NCBI GenBank assembly: GCA_964016885.1 | Contig: OZ024741.1 | Location: 24,366,001-24,430,000, forward strand | Direction of reading: 5' to 3' | Origin: Eledone cirrhosa | Taxonomy: Eukaryota | DNA: 64,000 nt | In this document: positions 56,401 to 64,000 of the stretch, piece after piece | How positions within the stretch are numbered: the first letter of the stretch is position 1 | Layout of the letters: every line of letters begins with the position of its first letter | Notes under the pieces: generated by a model | Database searches by the model: none | What the model was told of the DNA's origin: nothing | The model's input: only the letters and a program-made list of their open reading frames with translations | Translations under genes and position numbers: made by a program

Positions 56401-57050
56401 CCCTAACCCAATACATATATAGATAAAGACCGTAGTTCAGCCATGACCTAACCATAATCCAGTACATATATAGTAAAAGACTGTGCTTCAGCTGTCACCT
56501 AACCTTAATCCAGTACATATATAGTAAAAGACCGTGCCTCAGCCATGACCTAACCCTAATCCAGTACATATATAGTAAAAGACTGTGCTTCAGCTGTCAC
56601 CTAACCCTAATCCAGTACATATATAGTAAAAGACTGTGCTTCAGCTGTCACCTAACTCTAATCCAGTACATATATAGTAAAAGACCGGGCCTCAGCCATG
56701 ACCTAACTCTAATCCAGTACGTATATAGTAAAAGACTGTGCTTCAGCTGTCACCTAACCCTAATCCAGTACATATATAGTAAAAGACCGTGCCTCAGCCA
56801 TGACCTAACCCTAATCCAGTACATATATAGTAAAAGACTGTGCTTCAGCTGTCACCTAACTGTAATCCAGTACATATATAGTACAAGACTGTGCTTCAGC
56901 TGTCACCTAACCCTAATCCAGTACATATATAGTAAAAGACTGTGCTTCAGCCATGACCTAACCCTAATCCAGTACATATATAGTAAAAGACTGTGCTTCA
57001 GCCATGACCTAACTCTAATCCAGTACATATATAGTAAAAGACTGTGCTTC
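44500..57050 (+). repeat. Domain C: five-copy higher-order repeat of 48-52 monomers (2.45-2.65 kb)
   Basis: GAGTCTGCTTCAGCTTTCACC at 44600, 47200, 49800, 52247 and 54746. AACCCAATACATATATAGATAAAGACCGTAG at 46361, 49012, 51459, 53957 and 56405. MTAEAQF ORFs at 44718, 47318, 49918, 52365 and 54864. Confidence 0.93.
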
Positions 57051-60000
57051 AGCCATGACCTAACCCTAATCCAGTACATATATAGTAAAAGACCGTGCTT
57101 CAGCTGTCACCTAACCCTAATCCAGTACATATATAGTAAAAGACTGTGCTTCAGCCATGACCTAACCCTAATCCAGTACATATATAGTAAAAGACTGTGC
57201 TTCAGCTGTCACCTAACTTTAATCCAGTACATATATAGTAAAAGACTATGCTTCAGCTGTCACCTAACTCTAATCCAGTACATATATAGTAAAAGACTGT
57301 GCTTCAGCTGTCACCTAACTCTAATCCAGTACATATATAGTAAAAGACCGTGCTTCAGCTGTCACCTAATCTTAATCCAGTACATATATGGTAAAAGACC
57401 GTGCTTCAGCTGTCACCTAACCTTAATCCAGTACGTATATATTAAAAGACCGTGCTTCAGCTGTCACCTAACCTTAATCCAGTACATATATAGTAAAAGA
57501 CTGTGCTTCAGCTGTCACCTAACCCTAATCCAGTACATATATAGTAAAAGACTGTGCTTCAGCCATGACCTAACCCTAATCCAGTACATATATAGTAAAA
57601 GACTGTGCAGCAGCTGTGACCTTACCCTAATCCAGTACATATATAGTAAAAGACTGTGCTTCAGCTGTCACCTAACCCTAATCCAGTACATATATAGTAA
57701 AAGACTGTGCTTCAGCTGTCACCTATACCCTAATCCAGTACATATATAGTAAAGGCCGTGCTTCAGCCATGACCTAACCCTAATCCAGTACATATATAGT
57801 AAAAACCGTGCTTCAGCCACGATCTAACCCTAATCCAGTACATATATAGTAAAAGACCATGCCTCAGCTGTGACCTAACCTTAATCCAGTACATATATAG
57901 TAAAAGACTGTGCATCAGCTGTGACCTAACCCTAATCCAGTACATATATAGTAAAAGACTTTGCTTCAGCTGTGACCTAACCCTAATCCAGTACATATAT
58001 AGTAAAAGACTGTGCTTCAGCTGTCACCTAACCCTAATCCAATACATATATAATAAAAGACTGTGCTGCAGCCATGACCTAACCCTAATCCAGTATATAT
58101 ATAGTAAAAGACTGTGCTTAAGCTGTCACCTAAACCTAATCTAGTACATATATAGTAAAAGACTGTGCTTCAGCCATGACCTAACCCTAATCCAGTACAT
58201 ATATAGTAAAAGACTGTGCTTCAGCTGTGACCTAACCCTAATCCAGTACATATATAGTAAAAGACTGTGCTTCATCTGTCACCTAAACCTAATTCAGTAC
58301 ATCTATAGTAAAAGACTGTGCTTCAGCTGTGACCTAACCCTAATCCAGTACATATATAGTAAAAGACTGTGCTTCATCTGTCACCTAAACCTAATTCAGT
58401 ACATCTATAGTAAAAGACTGTGCTGCAGCCATGACCTAACCCTAATCCAGTACATATATAGTACAAGACTGTGCTTCAGCTGTCACCTATACCCTAATCC
58501 AGTACATATATAGTAAAAGACCATGCTTCAGCTGTCACCTAACCCTAATCCAGTACATATATAGTAAAAGACTTTGCTTCAGCTGTCACCTAACCCTAAT
58601 CCAGTACATATATAGTAAAAGACTGTGCTTCCGCTGTCACATAACCCTAATACAGTACATATATAGTAAAAGACTGTGCTTCAGCCATGACCTAACCCTA
58701 ATCCAGTACATATATAGTAAAAGGCTCTGTTTCAGCTGTCACCTAACTCTAATCCAGTACATATATAGTAAAAGACTGTGCTTCAGCTGTCACCTAACTC
58801 TAATCCAGTACATATATAGTAAAAGACTGTGCTTCAGCTGTCACCTAACTCTAATCCAGTACATATATAGTAAAAGACCGGGCCTCAGCCATGACCTAAC
58901 TCTAATCCAGTACGTATATAGTAAAAGACTGTGCTTCAGCTGTCACCTAACCCTAATCCAGTACATATATAGTAAAAGACCGTGCCTCAGCCATGACCTA
59001 ACCCTAATCCAGTATATATATAGTAAAAGACTGTGCTTCAGCAATGACCTAACCCTAATCCAGTACATATATAGTAAAAGACTGTGCTTCAGCCATGACC
59101 TAACCCCAATCCAGTACGTATATAGTAAAAGACCGTGCTTCAGCTGTCACCTAACCCTAATCCAGTACATATATAGTAAAAGACTGTGCTTCAGCCATGA
59201 CCTAACCCTAATCCAGTACATATATAGTAAAAGACTGTGCTTCAGCTGTCACCTAACCCTAATCCAGTACATATATAGTAAAAGACTGTGCTTCAGCCAT
59301 GACCCAACCCTAATCCAGTACATATATAGTAAAGGACTGTGCTTCAGCTGTCACCTAACCCTAATCCAGTACATATATAGTAAAAGACTATGCTTCAGCT
59401 GTCACCTAACCCTAATCCAGTATATATATAGTAAAAGACTGTGCTTCAGCTGTCACGTAACTCTAATCCAGTACATATATAGTAAAAGACCGTGCTTCAG
59501 CTGTCACCTAACCTTAATCCAGTACATATATAGTAAAAGACCGTGCTTCAGCTGTCACCTAACCTTAATCCAGTACATATATAGTAAAAGACTGTGCTTC
59601 AGCTGTCACCTAACCCTAATCCAGTACATATATAGTAAAAGACTGTGCTTCAGCTGTCACCTATACCCTAATCCAGTACATATATAGTAAAGGCCGTGCT
59701 TCAGCCATGACCTAACCCTAATCCAGTACATATATAGTAAAAGACCGTGCTTCAGCCACGATCTAACCCTAATCCAGTACATATATAGTAAAAGACTGTG
59801 CTTCAGCTGTCACCTAACCCTAATCCAATACATATATAATAAAAGACTGTGCTGCAGCCATGACCTAACCCTAATCCAGTACATATATAGTAAAAGACTG
59901 TGCTTCAGCTGTCACCTAAACCTAATCTAGTACATATATAGTAAAAGACTGTGCTTCAGCCATGACCTAACCCTAATCCAGTACATATATAGTAAAAGAC

Positions 60001-63000
60001 TGTGCTTCAGCTGTCACCTAACCCTAATCCAGTACATATATAGTAAAAGACTGTGCTTCAGCTGTCACCTAAACCTAATCCAGTACATATATAGTAAAAG
60101 ACTGTGCTTCAGCCATGACCAAACTCTAATTCAGTACATCTATAGTAAAAGACTGTGCTGCAGCCATGACCTAACCCTAATCCAGTACATATATAGTAAA
60201 AGACTGTGCTTCAGCTGTCACCTAACCCTAATCCAGTACATATATAGTAAAAGACTTTGCTTCAGCTGTCACCTAACCCTAATCCAGTACATATATAGTA
60301 AAAGACTGTGCTTCCGCTGTCACATAAACCTAATCCAGTACATATATAGTAAAAGACTGTGCTTCAGCCATGACCTAACCCTAATCCAGTACATATATAG
60401 TAAAAGGCTCTGTTTCAGCTGTCACCTAACTCTAATCCAGTACATATATAGTAAAAGACTGTGCTTCAGCTGTCACCTAACTCTAATCCAGTACATATAT
60501 AGTAAAAGACTGTGCTTCAGCTGTCACCTAACCCTAATCCAGTACATATATAGTAAAAGACTGTGCTTCAGCCATGACCTAACCCTAATCCAGTACATAT
60601 ATAGTAAAAGACAGTGGCTCAGCTGTGACCTAACCCTAATCCAGTACATATATAGTAAAAGACTGTGCTTCAGCTGTCACCTAACCCTAATCCAGTACAT
60701 ATATAGTAAAAGACTGTGCTTCAGCTGTCACCTAACCCTAATCCAGTACATATATAGTAAAAGACTGTGCTTCAGCTGTCACCTAACCCTAATCCAGTAC
60801 ATATATAGTAAAAGACTGTGCTTCAGCTGTCACCTAACTCTAATCCAGTACATATATAGTAAAAGACTGTGCTTCAGCTGTCACCTAACCCTAATCCAGT
60901 ACATATATAGTAAAAGACTGTGCTTCAGCCTTGACCTAACCCTAATCCAGTAGATATATAGAAAAAGACCGTGCTTCAGCTGTCACCTAACCCTAATCCA
61001 GTACATATATAGTAAAAGACTGTGCTTCAGCTGTCACCTAACTCTAATCCAGTACATATATAGTAAAAGACTGTGCTTCAGCCATGACCTAACCCTAATC
61101 CAGTACATATATAGTAAAAGACTGTGCTTCAGCTGTCGCCTAACTGTAATCCAGTACATATATAGTAAAAGACAGTGCTTCAGCTGTCACCTAACCCTAA
61201 TCCAGTACATATATAGTAAAAGAATGTGCTTCAGCCATGACCTAACCCTAATCCAGTACATATATAGTAAAAGACTGTGCTTCAGCCAGGAGCTAACTCT
61301 AATCCAGTACATATATAGTAAAAGACTGTGCTTCAGCTGTCACCTAACCCTAATCCAGTACATATATAGTAAAAGACTGTGCTTCAGCTGTCACCTAACT
61401 CTAATCCAGTACATATATAGTAAAAGACTGTGCTTCAGCTGTCACCTAACCCTAATCCAGTACATATATAGTAAAAGACTGTGCTTCAGCCTTGACCTAA
61501 CCCTAATCCAGTAGATATATAGAAAAAGACCGTGCTTCAGCTGTCACCTAACCCTAATCCAGTACATATATAATAAAAGAATGTGCTTCAGCCATGACCT
61601 AACCCTAATCCAGTACATATATAGTAAAAGACTGTGCTTCAGCTGTCACCTAACTCTAATCCAGTACATATATAGTAAAAGACTGTGCTTCAGCTGTCAC
61701 CTAACTCTAATCCAGTACATATATAGTAAAAGACCGTGCCTCAGCCATGACCTAACTCTAATCCAGTACATATATAGTAAAAGACTGTGCTTCAGCTGTC
61801 ACCTAACCCTAATCCAGTACATATATAGTAAAAGACCGTGCCTCAGCCATGACCTAACCCTAATCCAGTATATATATAGTAAAAGACTGTGCTTCAGCTG
61901 TCGCCTAACTGTAATCCAGTACATATATAGTAAAAGACAGTGCTTCAGCTGTCACCTAACCCTAATCCAGTACATATATAGTAAAAGAATGTGCTTCAGC
62001 CATGACCTAACCCTAATCCAGTACATATATAGTAAAAGACTGTGCTTCAGCCATGAGCTAACTCTAATCCAGTACATATATAGTAAAAGACTGTGCTTCA
62101 GCTGTCACCTAACTCCAATCCAGTACATATATAGTAAAAGACCGTGCTTCAGCTGTCACCTAACCCTAATCCAGTACATATATAGTAAAAGACTGTGCTT
62201 CAGCTGTCACCTAACTCTACTCCAGTACATATATAGTAAAAGACTGTGCTTCAGCCATGACCTAACCCTAATCCAGTACATATATAGTAAAAGACTGTGC
62301 TTCAGCCATGACCTAACCCCAATCCAGTACGTATAGAGTAAAAGACCGTGCTTCAGCTGTCACCTAACCCTAATCCAGTACATATATAGTAAAAGACTGT
62401 GCTTCAGCCATGACCTAACCCTAATCCAGTACATATATAGTAAAAGACTGTGCTTCAGCTGTCACCTAACCCTAATCCAGTACATATATAGTAAAAGACT
62501 GTGCTTCAGCCATGACCCAACCCTAATCCAGTACATATATAGTAAAGGACTGTGCTTCAGCTGTCACCTAACCCTAATCCAGTACATATATAGTAAAAGA
62601 CTATGCTTCAGCTGTCACCTAACACTAATCCAGTACATATATAGTAAAAGACTGTGCTTCAGCTGTCACGTAACTCTAATCCAGTACATATATAGTAAAA
62701 GACCGTGCTTCAGCTGTCACCTAACCTTAATCCAGTACATATATAGTAAAAGACCGTGCTTCAGCTGTCACCTAACCTTAATCCAGTACGTATATAGTAA
62801 AAGACTGTGCTTCAGCTGTCACCTATACCCTAATCTAGTACATATATAGTAAAGGCCGTGCTTCAGCCATGACCTAACCCTAATCCAGTACATATATAGT
62901 AAAAGACCGTGCTTCAGCCACGATCTAACCCTAATCCAGTACATATATAGTAAAAGACTGTGCTTCAGCTGTCACCTAACCCTAATCCAATACATATATA

Positions 63001-64000
63001 ATAAAAGACTGTGCTGCAGCCATGACCTAACCCTAATCCAGTACATATATAGTAAAAGACTGTGCTTCAGCTGTCACCTAAACCTAATCTAGTACATATA
63101 AAGTAAAAGACTGTGCTTCAGCCATGACCTAACCCTTATCCAGTACATATATAGTAAAAGACTGTGCTTCAGCTGTGACCTAACCCTAATCCAGTACATA
63201 TATAGTAAAAGACTGTGCTTCAGCTGTCACCTAAACCTAATCCAGTACATCTATAGTAAAAGACTGTGCTGCAGCTTTCACCTAACTCTAATCCAGTACA
63301 TATATAGTAAAAGACCATGCTTCAGCTGTCACCTAACCCTAATCCAGTACATATATAGTAAAAGACTTTGCTTCAGCTGTCACGTAACCCTAATCCAGTA
63401 CATATATAGTAAAAGACTGTGCTTCCGCTGTCACATAACCCTAATCCAGTACATATATAGTAAAAGACTGTGCTTCAGCCATGACCTAACACTAATCCAG
63501 TACATATATAGTAAAAGGCTCTGTTTCAGCTGTCACCTAACTCTAATCCAGTACATATATAGTAAAAGACTGTGCTTCAGCTGTCACCTAACTCTAATCC
63601 AGTACATATATAGTAAAAGACTGTGCTTCAGCTGTCACCTAAACCTAATCCAGTACATATATAGTAAAAGACTGTGCTTCAGCCATGACCTAACCCTAAT
63701 CCAGTACATATATAGTAAAAGACAGTGCCTCAGCTGTGACCTAACCCTAATCCAGTACATATATAGTAAAAGACTGTGCTTCAGCTGTCACCTAACCCTA
63801 ATCCAGTACATATATAGTAAAAGACTGTGCTTCAGCTGTCACCTAACCCTAATCCAGTACATATATAGTAAAAGACTGTGCTTCAGCTGTCACCTAACCC
63901 TAATCCAGTACATATATAGTAAAAGACTGTGCTTCAGCTGTCACCTAACCCTAATCCAGTACATATATAGTAAAAGACTGTGCTTCAGCCATGACCTAAC
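57051..64000 (+). repeat. Domain D: more diverged, about three related units at 38- and 62-monomer spacing
   Basis: ACCTATACCC...GTAAAGGCCG at 57721, 59659 and 62821 (offsets 1938 and 3162). AAGGCTCTGTTTC at about 58721, 60404 and 63515. Confidence 0.75.

Larger units (their letters stand above)
1..64000 (+). repeat. 51-bp tandem satellite array (~1,255 monomers), running to both window edges
   Basis: The monomer GACTGTGCTTCAGCCATGACCTAACCCTAATCCAGTACATATATAGTAAAA (1-51) restarts at 52, 103 and onward, and continues to 64000 in one orientation. Only substitutions and 1-2 bp indels interrupt it. The ORF track shows the matching 17-aa period on both strands. Confidence 0.99.

Noticed and set aside
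577-57996. Minus-strand ORFs of the type MYWIRVRSWLKHSLLLY
   Set aside because: They are translations of runs of CATG/TGTG monomers and almost all end at the TGA created by the next TGTC monomer. Their lengths reflect variant run lengths, and they contain no unique sequence.
11832-62336. Long plus-strand ORFs (686, 742, 414, 383, 549 aa) as real CDS
   Set aside because: A stop-free 51-bp unit yields long ORFs automatically. Starts are point variants or frameshift by-products, and stops and frameshifts are propagated in duplicated blocks. Kept only as a low-probability finding.
1-64000. CRISPR array or CRISPR-like repeat-spacer system
   Set aside because: There are no unique spacers. The variable part is a few substitutions with a handful of recurring states, and no cas gene or leader is present.
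1-64000. A true telomerase-synthesised telomere or G-quadruplex tract
   Set aside because: There are fewer than two full hexamers per 51 bp and only one GGG run per monomer. The higher-order duplication structure points to recombination rather than templated addition.
1-64000. Nucleosome-phasing role (51 bp is ~5 helical turns; 3x = 153 bp, 4x = 204 bp)
   Set aside because: Arithmetic only. There is one short A-tract per monomer and no consistent 3- or 4-monomer periodicity in the variants.
1-64000. Embedded transposon, inversion or unique island
   Set aside because: None seen on read-through. The largest interruptions noticed were 1-2 bp indels (e.g. ~16142, 33172, 34315, 54325).

Overview
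The whole 64 kb window is one uninterrupted, head-to-tail, single-orientation tandem array (satellite DNA) of a 51-bp monomer, about 1,255 copies (64000/51). The consensus is GAC(T/C)GTGCTTCAGC(CATG/TGTC/TGTG)ACCTAACCCTAATCCAGTACATATATAGTAAAA, about 39% GC. I saw no unique sequence, gene, RNA gene, transposon, inversion or CRISPR spacer. All listed ORFs are translations of the repeat (51 bp = 17 codons). Most monomers carry CCTAACCCTAA (TTAGGGTTAGG on the minus strand), so a eukaryotic telomere-motif-bearing satellite is the most likely identity, but host and location cannot be determined from the sequence. The structure lies in the variant pattern. There are four sequence domains, several tandem duplications (23-, 27- and 38-mers), a five-copy ~2.5 kb higher-order repeat with an alternating ~5 kb super-period, and shared haplotypes ~45 kb apart. 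Two positions show a CG/TG/CA/TA variant set consistent with methyl-CpG decay. The + frame of the TGTC variant spells CxxCH every 17 residues, which is probably coincidence. I cannot support a claim of a new gene system here.
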